Of a stretch of 64,000 nt of DNA, positions 37,632 to 46,589 are shown one piece after another. Every line of letters begins with the position of its first letter. Position 1 is the first letter of the stretch. Below the pieces are notes generated by a model. The model ran no database searches. It worked only from the letters and a program-made list of their open reading frames with translations, and was not told the origin of the DNA. The translations under genes and the position numbers were made by a program. Source of the stretch: Candidatus Bathyarchaeota archaeon (GTDB taxonomy: Archaea; Thermoproteota; Bathyarchaeia; Bathyarchaeales; Bathycorpusculaceae); contig CAVTBV010000004.1 in NCBI GenBank assembly GCA_963733095.1, forward strand, positions 1-64,000, given 5' to 3'.

Positions 37632-38681
37632 GTGAATATAATGCCAGAAGACTCCGACGCTCAACTGCAAGAAAAAGAAGAATCCATACTGGAAACAAAC
37701 AAGAAAAAATACGAGTTCATAGAAGACCTGCCAGGAGTTGGACCGGCAACAGCCCAGAAACTTCGAGACCTCGGTTATCACACAGTAGAATCTTTGGCCA
37801 TGGCAACATCGCGGGAACTTGAACCTGTCGGAGTAAGCGAGAAAAAGGCGTTCCAAGTCATTGAAGCCGCACGTTCATCCATTGGCATCGCATTTATTCG
37901 GGCAGACGAGTTGTTTAAAATGCGCGAGACGGTTCTACGAGTAACCACCGGCAGCAAAGCCCTCGACAAAATCGTCGATGGCGGCTTAGAAACCCAAACT
38001 ATAACAGAGTTTTACGGTGAGTATGGCTGCGGCAAAAGCCAAATGTGCCACCAACTATGCATCAATATCCAGTTGCCTCCGGAAAAAGGTGGTCTAAACG
38101 GAGCCGCCTTGTACGTTGATACCGAAAACACCTTCAGGCTCGAACGCATTGTGCAAATGGCAAAAGCCGCTGGTTTAGACCCAGCGGAAGCCGTTAAAAA
38201 AATCATTTACGCGGAAGCGTATACTTCTGATCACCAGATGTTCCTCTTGGAAAACGCTGATGAAATAATCAAAGCAAACAACATCAAACTAATCATAGTT
38301 GATTCACTAACCGCTCACTTCAGAAGTGAATATATCGGAAGAGAAATGCTCGCATCAAGACAACAAAAACTAAACAAACACATGCATAAACTCATCGCGT
38401 TAGCGCGAGCATTCAACGCCGTTGCGATTGTAACTAACCAAGTTATGGCAAAACCCGACCAATTCTTCGGCGATGCTATTCATCCAATCGGCGGAAACAT
38501 CGTTGGCCACACAAGCGCTACAAGAATCTACTTAAGACGCGCTTCACATGGACCAATACGCATTGCACGGTTAGTTTCAAGTCCATATTTGCCTGAAGGC
38601 GAGGAAATCCTTAAAGTAACCGAGAACGGAATAGAAGATGTCTCTGAAGAAGAGAAAGCAACTAAACCGCGTGGACGCTAA
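37632..38681 (+). CDS. radA: DNA recombinase RadA
   Basis: HhH LPGVG, GEYGCGKSQ, YVDTENTF, VDSLTAHFRSEY.GR..LA.RQQ, TNQV. Confidence 0.96.
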   Translation: MNIMPEDSDAQLQEKEESILETNKKKYEFIEDLPGVGPATAQKLRDLGYHTVESLAMATSRELEPVGVSEKKAFQVIEAARSSIGIAFIRADELFKMRETVLRVTTGSKALDKIVDGGLETQTITEFYGEYGCGKSQMCHQLCINIQLPPEKGGLNGAALYVDTENTFRLERIVQMAKAAGLDPAEAVKKIIYAEAYTSDHQMFLLENADEIIKANNIKLIIVDSLTAHFRSEYIGREMLASRQQKLNKHMHKLIALARAFNAVAIVTNQVMAKPDQFFGDAIHPIGGNIVGHTSATRIYLRRASHGPIRIARLVSSPYLPEGEEILKVTENGIEDVSEEEKATKPRGR

Positions 38682-38683
38682 GT

Positions 38684-39145
38684 ATGCCCATTTCACAAGC
38701 CTTAGTTACGAGGTACTTTCAGCTCATAGTCAGCCGGCAATTTACCGAAGCTGAACGTGAGTTGGAACGAGTTAAACAAAAAATGCAGAAAACCGAATGG
38801 AACCGCGGATACTTCCGGGCACTCTACGGAATGTACCTTTCACGCAAAAACAACTCCTCCGACGACTATGCATTCTTTTCAAAGGTAGATTTAACCGACA
38901 AAGTAAGCCTGCATGCGCACAGAAAAGAGTTCCTCGAGCATATGGGCAACGGGTTACACGGGGACTTTGACCGCGGATACTTTTCAGCATGGGCAGATTG
39001 CATGCGCATAATAGCGCGTATGGACCTTCCAAGTCCAACCAGCGGGAAAGCGTCTGGAGAAGCAAAGATTGAGACTCTGCGAAGTGATAAGAGCCAAGCT
39101 ACTATAGCTAATTTTCTCAAGAAATCCGCTGAAAAAGAAGCCTAA
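38684..39145 (+). CDS. Hypothetical helical protein coupled to radA
   Basis: Starts 2 bp after the radA stop; repeated RGYF motif. Confidence 0.75.
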   Translation: MPISQALVTRYFQLIVSRQFTEAERELERVKQKMQKTEWNRGYFRALYGMYLSRKNNSSDDYAFFSKVDLTDKVSLHAHRKEFLEHMGNGLHGDFDRGYFSAWADCMRIIARMDLPSPTSGKASGEAKIETLRSDKSQATIANFLKKSAEKEA

Positions 39146-39153
39146 ATTATTTT

Positions 39154-39465
39154 TTAGGCGAGCCCAAGCACTACAACAAATACTGTGTAGAACAGGACAA
39201 AAAAGGATAGCCAAGCAAAGAAGTACATGCCAATGGCCGTACTGAGGATTTTTGATTGTTTCTCAATTTTGTTCTTGTAGTATCCTCTTATGACGTAGTA
39301 GCTAACAAAGTAGATGAGTAGGGCTATTGTGATGCTGTTTATGAGGGTGGTAAAGTCTACCATGCCAGCACTGCCGCCGAAATAAGCAGCTATAAACGCC
39401 GTTATTGCGCCTGCAACGATGCCCAATACAACTCTTAACCAGTAAAGCTGAACTACAGGTGTCAT
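39154..39465 (-). CDS. EMC6-like 3-TM membrane protein
   Basis: YWLR..LGI.AG in TM1 and AIGMYFF.W..F..LFYT in TM3 resemble the EMC6/Rab5ip pattern. Confidence 0.6.
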   Translation of the reverse strand: MTPVVQLYWLRVVLGIVAGAITAFIAAYFGGSAGMVDFTTLINSITIALLIYFVSYYVIRGYYKNKIEKQSKILSTAIGMYFFAWLSFFVLFYTVFVVVLGLA

Positions 39466-39632
39466 CTGAATCTAATCCTTTGTGTGTATATTTTGTTCTT
39501 ACTTAAAAAAGATGCCTAAGTATTAATCGTTTCTGCCAGTTCAAACGGCATTTTTGCAATTTCTCAGTTTTTCAGTGAAAACGGTTATTTTGTAGCCCAT
39601 TGCAATATAGAGTTCAGAAACGGGTGGATGCC

Positions 39633-41690
39633 TTGCGCAAGAAAGAATTCTCAAGCTTCGACATTGCCGCAGCAATCAAAGAATTGAAGACAATTTTAGC
39701 CGACTGCCGAGTTAACAACATCTATCAACTCGACGAAAAAACCGTGGTCTTCAAACTGCACAAAACCGACAAGCCGCCGATACGGCTAGTTATGGAGGCA
39801 GGCAGAAGGTTACATGTCACCAGTTACGCTGAAGAAAACCCATCGGAGCCGCCAGCGTTCTGCATGGCACTCAGGAAATACCTGCGAAACGCATGGGTAG
39901 CAGGCATTGACCAGTACGAGTTTGAAAGAATCGTAACTGTTGGCTTCCGATCCAAAACTGGAGTGCTTAAACTGGTTGTGGAGCTCTTCGGCGAAGGCAA
40001 CATTATACTGACAAACGAGCAAAACGTGATTATCCACGCATTAGTCTACAAAAAAATGCGTGACCGAGACATCCTCCACAACTTGGTGTTGGCGCTTCCG
40101 CCCTCAAGCGGCAAAAACCCCTTCAAAGTCACCCAAAGCGAGCTTGAGGAAGTTTTCAAAAATGCGGGCGAAACGGAGGTTGTTAGGGTTGTGGCGCGGT
40201 TTTTGGGTGTTGGAGGAGTTTATGCTGAAGAAATTTTGATTCGAGCAAACATAGATAAAACAAAATATTGCAGCGCCTTAGTAAGCGAAGAGGTTAAGGG
40301 GGTTTTTGATGCTCTGCAAACTTTGCTGGCAGCGGTTTCAGGGAGTAACTTGGAAGCTTGCATTGTTCTAAGTGAGGCGGACGATTTCGTGGATGTTGTA
40401 CCCATTAAGCTGAAGCGCTATGAAGGCTGCAAAATTCAGGTTTACGACTCTTTCAACCAGGCGTTAGACGAGTTCTATTTGCGGGTAATTACCGCTGAGA
40501 GGGCGTTTGCAAGCGTTGAGGTGGACACTATAAAAAAAGAGGCCGAGCGACTAAGACGCCTAGTGGCAGAACAAGAAAAATCTATCCGTGAAGATGAAAC
40601 TAAAGCCGAACGAGATAAACAAATCGGCGACGCCATCTACGCTCACTTCAACGAACTCCAAACCTTCCAAGATCAACTCCTCAAAGCCAACAATCAAGGA
40701 CACGACTGGAGCACAATCATCGCTGCCATTATGTCGGCAAAGAAAACAGGCAAAACTCCTGCGTCCTACGTTGAATCGTTTGATGGCAAAAACCTTGCAT
40801 TAAATCTTGGTATGGATAATTTCCATTTTAGCTTTAACCTAAGAGATTCCCTCTTTGACAATGCTAACAGGTACTATGAACATGGCAAACGGGCTAAAGA
40901 GAAATCTCAAGGTGCTCTCTTTGCACTTCAGGACTCCAAGAGAAAACTCGCTAAAATCGAACGTGAATTGGCAGAAGCAGAACAACTCAAAAGCCTAAAA
41001 CCAGCAGAAATGATGGAAGCACTCTCCAAACGCAAGGTGGAGCTGGAGAACAAGGAATGGTTTGAGAAGTTCCGCTGGTACATTTCCTCGGATGGTTTTT
41101 TGGTTGTTGCTGGCAAAGACACGGTTAGCAACGAAGTGCTTATAAAAAAGTACACGTTGCAGGAGGATGTGGTTTTTCACGCTGAAATTACGGGTTCGCC
41201 CTTCGTGGTCATCAAGGCGGAAGGTAGATCTGTAAGTGAGCAAGCGTTACGTGAGGCGGGTGAGTTTGCAGCTTCTTATTCTAGGGCTTGGCGAGAAAAC
41301 TTGGGCACTGCGGATGTTTACTGGGTTAAGGTTGACCAACTTAGCAAGAGCGGCCCGTCTGGGGAGTCGGTTCCTCACGGCGCCTTCTTTGTGGTAGGCA
41401 AACGTAACTGGATGCGAAACACGCCGCTTCGGGTTGCTGTAGGCATCATTGTGGGGGAAGAAACCAGCTTTGCCGGTGGTCCAGTGGAGGCTGTAAAGTC
41501 GAAAACCAAAGCTTACGTGATCCTTGTTCCAGGAGACTCAACAGGTAAAGAGTTGCTCAAACAAATCCTCAAATCCCTGATGCTAAAGCTGCCCAAGGAA
41601 CAGCGGGAAAAAGCAGGCAAAACATCTGTTGAACAAGTCCGCGAGTTTGTGCCCTACACAAAAGGCATGATAAATCAGAAAGCAAGCTGA
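39633..41690 (+). CDS. rqcH: Ribosome quality control protein RqcH/Rqc2 (NEMF/NFACT family)
   Basis: SSFDI, FCMALRKYL, FERI, ELFGEGN.IL, WFEKFRW, GKD..SNE, FHA, G.F.V.G.RN; TTG start after a GGGTGG SD. Confidence 0.9.
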   Translation: MRKKEFSSFDIAAAIKELKTILADCRVNNIYQLDEKTVVFKLHKTDKPPIRLVMEAGRRLHVTSYAEENPSEPPAFCMALRKYLRNAWVAGIDQYEFERIVTVGFRSKTGVLKLVVELFGEGNIILTNEQNVIIHALVYKKMRDRDILHNLVLALPPSSGKNPFKVTQSELEEVFKNAGETEVVRVVARFLGVGGVYAEEILIRANIDKTKYCSALVSEEVKGVFDALQTLLAAVSGSNLEACIVLSEADDFVDVVPIKLKRYEGCKIQVYDSFNQALDEFYLRVITAERAFASVEVDTIKKEAERLRRLVAEQEKSIREDETKAERDKQIGDAIYAHFNELQTFQDQLLKANNQGHDWSTIIAAIMSAKKTGKTPASYVESFDGKNLALNLGMDNFHFSFNLRDSLFDNANRYYEHGKRAKEKSQGALFALQDSKRKLAKIERELAEAEQLKSLKPAEMMEALSKRKVELENKEWFEKFRWYISSDGFLVVAGKDTVSNEVLIKKYTLQEDVVFHAEITGSPFVVIKAEGRSVSEQALREAGEFAASYSRAWRENLGTADVYWVKVDQLSKSGPSGESVPHGAFFVVGKRNWMRNTPLRVAVGIIVGEETSFAGGPVEAVKSKTKAYVILVPGDSTGKELLKQILKSLMLKLPKEQREKAGKTSVEQVREFVPYTKGMINQKAS

Positions 41691-41747
41691 ATTAAGCAGA
41701 TACGAAACTTGGATTAAGAGTTGCTATTGAAAAAAAGTCGGGTTCGC

Positions 41748-42068
41748 TTAGGGATGCTGAAACATCTGTGTTGAGAATACTCGATAACTTTCTATTCTTG
41801 GCTGTTTTTCAATTAGCTCTTGGACTTTTTTTATTGCTTGGGCAAACTCGCCCTTCTCAGATGCGTTCATTGTTTCTTCATCCTGCCAAAGCGTCAAGAC
41901 AGATAACGCATTTGGATCCTCATAAGAAAGCAGCGACATATAACCGCGAAAACCCTTTGAATTCTGCGCTAAAGTGTTTAGAATTCGGTCAAGCTCTGAA
42001 AAACCTTCTTCGCGTTTTCCCTTTTTAAAATACCAAAAAGACATTCTTGCTAAAACCACAAAATTCAC
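41748..42068 (-). CDS. Antibiotic biosynthesis monooxygenase (ABM) family protein
   Basis: K.GK.EE, KGFRG, LTLW..E pattern; ~100 aa. Confidence 0.7.
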   Translation of the reverse strand: MNFVVLARMSFWYFKKGKREEGFSELDRILNTLAQNSKGFRGYMSLLSYEDPNALSVLTLWQDEETMNASEKGEFAQAIKKVQELIEKQPRIESYRVFSTQMFQHP

Positions 42069-42191
42069 CTAAAAAGAATTATAGCTCCTGTCATTTAAAT
42101 TTTTAACGTTGACATCTATGGATATTAAGAAGTTAGGCGATAGCTACTTGGCTGTACACTATTTTTTTATTTTCAGTCAGCCAATAAGGAA

Positions 42192-42809
42192 ATGGGTGGT
42201 TTGTTGGATAAAATTGACTTAAAAAAAGAGTTAAAAAGCCTGTATAATCCGTCGGCAAAGGAAGTTTCGGTTGTTGAGGTTCCAGCCATGAACTTTCTGT
42301 TGGTTAACGGCGAAGGTGAACCCACATCACCGCAGTTCAGCGACGCTATTGAGGCATTATTCAGTGTCGCTTATACCCTCAAATTTATGGTTAAGAAAGG
42401 AAAGGGTATCGACTACGGTGTTATGCCGCTTGAAGGCTTATGGTGGGTAGATGACATGACAAAGTTTAGTCCTGACCGGAAAGATGAATGAAAGTGGACA
42501 GCCATGATAATGCAGCCCAAGTATGTCTCCGTCGAAGATTTCAACTTGGCGGTTGAACAGGTAAAAAAGAAAAAGAACCCAAATGCGCTGCCCAAGGTGA
42601 GTTTTGAAAACTTCGAAGAGGGACCTGCTGCACAAATAGTGTACATAGGACCTTTTTCGGCTGAAGGACCAATCAAAACAAAAATACACGCTTATATCCA
42701 AAACAGCGGGCACTCATTGAGTGGAAAACACCACGAAATCTACCTAAACAACCCAGCCACAACAGTGCCAGAAAATTTAAAAACCATCCTAAGGAAACCT
42801 ATGAAATAA
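42192..42809 (+). pseudogene. GyrI-like domain protein interrupted by an in-frame TGA (42489-42491)
   Basis: KIDLKKE.K.LY, VMPLEGLWW, then DE*KWTAMIMQP, HHEIYL, KTILR.P, all in one frame. Confidence 0.8.
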
Positions 42810-42914
42810 TCTGAACAGTTAGTAGGTTGAAAGAAGCCAAATCAACTTCTCCTATGGTTTCTGAAATGAACCACTATTAGAATCCAAATATGACGCATTT
42901 TAGACAATACTTGA

Positions 42915-43418
42915 TTATTTTTGCTGTAGTCGCTTCGCCAGTTCAGCGATTTGTTGCCTGAATTTTTCACGCATTTTGGTAAAACGCATTGCTGCAGATG
43001 GATGAATAATTTGGATGTATTCTATGCCGTCAATGCGCGGAGTTTCCTTTGCTGATGCACCCAAAAGCACGATTATATCTGGTTTGATAATTCTGATTTG
43101 TGTGATTAAATAGGGCAAGCATGCTCTAACCTCATCGTCAAAGGGTTTGCGGTTTTTGGGGGAAACATGCTTGACAATGTTGGTTATGAAGATGTCTTCG
43201 CGGTTTATGTCGAATTCTGTGAGGGTTTTGGTTAAATATTTTCCTGCTCGTCCAATAAAGGGTCTGCCCAACTCGTCCTCGTCGGCGCCTGGGTTTTGAC
43301 CCACAAGCATAACTTTAGCGTTTAGAGGGCCTTCCCCTGGCACGCCATGTTTTGCGCCCTGCCAGAGCCGGCATTTTTTGCAGCTATAGATTTCCATGTT
43401 CAATTCTTCAATCGACAA
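42915..43418 (-). CDS. Uracil-DNA glycosylase family 4-like, short and divergent
   Basis: CKKCRL, GEGP, GQNPG..ED..GRPFIGRAG, TNIVKH, HPSAA. Confidence 0.82.
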   Translation of the reverse strand: MSIEELNMEIYSCKKCRLWQGAKHGVPGEGPLNAKVMLVGQNPGADEDELGRPFIGRAGKYLTKTLTEFDINREDIFITNIVKHVSPKNRKPFDDEVRACLPYLITQIRIIKPDIIVLLGASAKETPRIDGIEYIQIIHPSAAMRFTKMREKFRQQIAELAKRLQQK

Positions 43419-43557
43419 AGTTATCCTGCCTCGTTGTTGCCAATTAACAGCTACGAAACCTTAAAAAATGCATCCTGACTAATATGTAATCAAGTTCTTG
43501 TGCGCCAAGCAGGAATGTATTCGGTAGTTTTTAAGCTAAATTTTAAGAGGAAAACAA

Positions 43558-43860
43558 ATGACAAATGCAGGATCTGTGTCAGAATCTTTAATCGGCAGCG
43601 CAGTCCGCGTATTAATGAGGGTGGCTTTTGTCTTTGAACCTTTAGCACCCACAGCCATCACGGCGCTGATGAACCAGCAGCTTCGCAGGTATAAGGATGC
43701 AGGTGCAATCGGCAAATACAAAACTCACACTAAACGCCTGGGCAAGTACCACTACCGAATCGAGATGGATTTAGATTTGACGGGGATGCAGGCAGCACAT
43801 CTTTTGGGTAACTTGTTTCCTAAACAATTAAGCAGGTTTAGGAGGTGGTTCCATGACTGA
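43558..43860 (+). CDS. Hypothetical basic protein
   Basis: ORF with a GAGG SD; overlaps the downstream microprotein. Confidence 0.6.
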   Translation: MTNAGSVSESLIGSAVRVLMRVAFVFEPLAPTAITALMNQQLRRYKDAGAIGKYKTHTKRLGKYHYRIEMDLDLTGMQAAHLLGNLFPKQLSRFRRWFHD

Positions 43861-44005
43861 AATGCCAGATAAGAAAGGGAAGTTGAAAGTAACAGTTGAA
43901 CTTGAAGTTAACGAGGAATTGATGAGTGTGGTTAAAGACGCAATGTCTAAGGCTTCCACCAAGATTCCTGAGATGATGAGGCGAGGCGGAGAAAACAAAC
44001 AATAA
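43853..44005 (+). CDS. 50-aa microprotein (absent from the ORF track)
   Basis: MTEMPDKKGKLKVTVELEVNEELMSVVKDAMSKASTKIPEMMRRGGENKQ with a strong GGAGGTG SD. Confidence 0.7.
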   Translation: MTEMPDKKGKLKVTVELEVNEELMSVVKDAMSKASTKIPEMMRRGGENKQ

Positions 44006-44059
44006 AGATCTTTGCCTCAAACTATTTCTAAATATTTTTCTTATTTTTTTTAATAACAT

Positions 44060-44323
44060 TTAATCTTTTGCTGCTTTCTCTAAAGCTTGTCTGATTAAAT
44101 CGTTCCTTATACCCTCAGCTTCTTCTTCACCAGCTTTTCGACCTTTCACTTTTTCCTTATGTGTCTCAGCATGGTCTTCGATGGCTTTGCTCATAAGTTT
44201 AACGTTGGGAATCAACATTATTTCTTTCCCGCAAGAGGGACACTTAATCGCCGGCAAACCTTCGTTGTGACCGATTTTTTTCTTTCTAATACTTGGCACC
44301 AATCGAACCTTCAAATTTTGCAT
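44060..44323 (-). CDS. Small zinc-finger protein (CxxC...HxxxH)
   Basis: CPSCG ... IEDHAETH. Confidence 0.7.
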   Translation of the reverse strand: MQNLKVRLVPSIRKKKIGHNEGLPAIKCPSCGKEIMLIPNVKLMSKAIEDHAETHKEKVKGRKAGEEEAEGIRNDLIRQALEKAAKD

Positions 44324-44529
44324 TCACATATACCCTGCTCTATTTGTATAAAGGTTTATTTCCCAAATCTTTAAGTTTCAGATCATAAACCCCATTGAAG
44401 GAAACATTTTGGTTAAACGCGATGCTATATTTTCAATTTTTTGCAAGGCTAAAAAACAATCAAACGAGGCTTTCTTAGTTAGAGAAAGACTTTTTACACC
44501 AAAAGAGAACCTTCTTTTAAGGAATAAAC

Positions 44530-44841
44530 ATGAAGTTTTTAATCATTCAGAAAATCAAACACAACGTACCCCTGGAGAAATGGGCAAAGCTTCTCCCTCT
44601 GCAATTTAAGTATTTTGAAAACCTCGAAAAAGAAAAAACCCTTGAAGTAACCTACCACCTCATCGGCCAGCAAGGTAGTATGCTTATCGTCAACGTTGAA
44701 TCAGACGAAAAACTCTCCAAAATCATCGGACAAGACCCAATGTTCTTCGATTCCGAAAGAGAAATCTACCCCTTAACAACACGACAAACACACGAAAAAC
44801 AAATCCGAGAACTCTTCAAGCCAGAGCCAGCAGGGTTTTAA
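44530..44841 (+). CDS. Muconolactone delta-isomerase-like protein
   Basis: MKFL, G..LI.NV.S.E.L.....DP.F....EIYPL pattern. Confidence 0.6.
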   Translation: MKFLIIQKIKHNVPLEKWAKLLPLQFKYFENLEKEKTLEVTYHLIGQQGSMLIVNVESDEKLSKIIGQDPMFFDSEREIYPLTTRQTHEKQIRELFKPEPAGF

Positions 44842-44843
44842 CG

Positions 44844-45398
44844 ATGGGTTGCCACGGCGGTTTTAACCTCGATGAAACAACGAGGCGTTCATGGTACAAT
44901 CCAGAAGCAATTCTGCAGGACCTAAAGCGCGGCATGGTGTTTATTGACGTTGGTTGTGGCGATGGCTACTTCAGCATTTTAGCTGCCAAAAAAGTTGGAG
45001 CAAACGGGAAAGTCTACGCTGTGGATACTGATGCTTCGGGGATAGATAAGCTCCAACAAAAAGCCGCTACAGAAGGACTAAAAAGCATCACTACTAAGGT
45101 TGGTAGAGCTGAGGATACTGTTTTCTGCAAACAATGCGCTGATTTCATTTTGTGTAGCATGGATCTGCATGATTTTGATGACCCTGCAAAAGTGCTCCAT
45201 AATGCCAAACAAATGATTAAGCCGTCGGGGGTTCTAGTTGATTTGGACTGGAAGAAACAGGAGATGCCGTTTGGTCCACCCGTTGCCATAAGGTTTAGCG
45301 AAGAAAAAGCCTCAGGTCTCATAGAGTCGGCAGGTTTTAAGGTAGCAGACGTTAAGGATGCTGGACCCCACCACTATATGGTTAGGGCAAAACTGTGA
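44844..45398 (+). CDS. Class I SAM-dependent methyltransferase
   Basis: DVGCGDG, VYAVD, LHD, KPSG, DW, GPP. Confidence 0.88.
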   Translation: MGCHGGFNLDETTRRSWYNPEAILQDLKRGMVFIDVGCGDGYFSILAAKKVGANGKVYAVDTDASGIDKLQQKAATEGLKSITTKVGRAEDTVFCKQCADFILCSMDLHDFDDPAKVLHNAKQMIKPSGVLVDLDWKKQEMPFGPPVAIRFSEEKASGLIESAGFKVADVKDAGPHHYMVRAKL

Positions 45399-45404
45399 TT
45401 TGTC

Positions 45405-46031
45405 CTATTCAGCGTGAGCGTAGAGTTCAAGCAAATCATGGTTAAACCGTTCAGGCTCATCTTTGTAGGCCGAGTGGTTTGCGCCATCGTAGACTATAAG
45501 TTTTGCATTTGGCAGCTTATCGGCTAAGGTACGCATGTCTTCGCCTCCGATGATGTTATCTTGAGAACCCCAGATTATGGTTGTGGAAAACGTGAATTGG
45601 CTAAACTTTTGCACTAAGTCTGGTTCAAGAGCGCGTGCAGGAGCAACTAAAAGTAAACCCTTAACTGGAAACTGGATAGCGTACCGCATGGCCATGTTGC
45701 CGCCTATGCTGGCGCCGACAAGTACCGGGTCCGCTTCCCCAAAAACGGTTTTGACCGCTTCATTTGCGAATGTAATGTTTTTTTCTGGAGAACGAGTCTT
45801 AGGTTGACATTGGCTTTTCATGCCATAAGGCATGTCTAAAGCCAAAAAAGGCACCCGCTTTCTCATAAGTAGATCAGTCACCCCAATCCGCTGCCAAATG
45901 TCGGATGTGTACGATAAACCGTGGAAAAAAACGATGGGAACACCAGGCGCCGTATAGTATAAGGCTGGGCACTTGTGGCCTGCAACGTTTAATGTTCTCT
46001 CCAACCAAATCTCCCTGTTTCCTATGTGCAA
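45405..46031 (-). CDS. Alpha/beta hydrolase (ABHD14-like)
   Basis: HG, GASIGG, WGSQD, GANH. Confidence 0.85.
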   Translation of the reverse strand: MHIGNREIWLERTLNVAGHKCPALYYTAPGVPIVFFHGLSYTSDIWQRIGVTDLLMRKRVPFLALDMPYGMKSQCQPKTRSPEKNITFANEAVKTVFGEADPVLVGASIGGNMAMRYAIQFPVKGLLLVAPARALEPDLVQKFSQFTFSTTIIWGSQDNIIGGEDMRTLADKLPNAKLIVYDGANHSAYKDEPERFNHDLLELYAHAE

Positions 46032-46102
46032 AGCCGCTTATATCATTAATTTGGGTGCGAAAGGAATAATAGCCCTACAGGGCAAGTATTGTTGGTGATT
46101 TT

Positions 46103-46579
46103 TTGACAGTTAAAGTCGGCGATAAAGCGCCTGATTTCACACTTCCCTCTCAAATGGGCGATAACGTGACGCTTTCGGAGTTTTTGGGCAAAAAAAACGT
46201 AATTTTATATTTTTATCCAAAAGATGAAACGCCAGGTTGCACAAAAGAAGCCTGCACATTCAGAGATAACTATGAACAGCTAACAAGTTTGGGTGCGGAA
46301 GTGCTCGGCGTAAGTGGGCAGAGCGTAGACTCTCACAATTCATTCGCAACACACTACGGATTACCATTCCTGCTTCTAGCCGATGTAGACAACAAGGTAC
46401 GCGAGCTTTATGGAGTGCCTTCAACCATGGGGTTTCTTCCCGGCAGAGTTACCTACATCATTGACAAGAAGGGTATTGTCCGCCACATTTTCAATTCCCA
46501 AAGCCAAGCGCAGCGGCACGTTGAAGAAGCCAAGAAAACGCTGATAGAAATAGAGAAAGAAGAGCAAGCTACCCCATAG
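46103..46579 (+). CDS. bcp: Peroxiredoxin (BCP/PrxQ)
   Basis: [33 protein letters not shown]. Confidence 0.92.
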   Translation: MTVKVGDKAPDFTLPSQMGDNVTLSEFLGKKNVILYFYPKDETPGCTKEACTFRDNYEQLTSLGAEVLGVSGQSVDSHNSFATHYGLPFLLLADVDNKVRELYGVPSTMGFLPGRVTYIIDKKGIVRHIFNSQSQAQRHVEEAKKTLIEIEKEEQATP

Positions 46580-46589
46580 ATGGCGAACA

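Noticed and set aside
42489-42491. Selenocysteine or genetic-code reassignment at TGA
   Set aside because: The position corresponds to Trp, not Cys; no SECIS is evident and TGA terminates other genes here.
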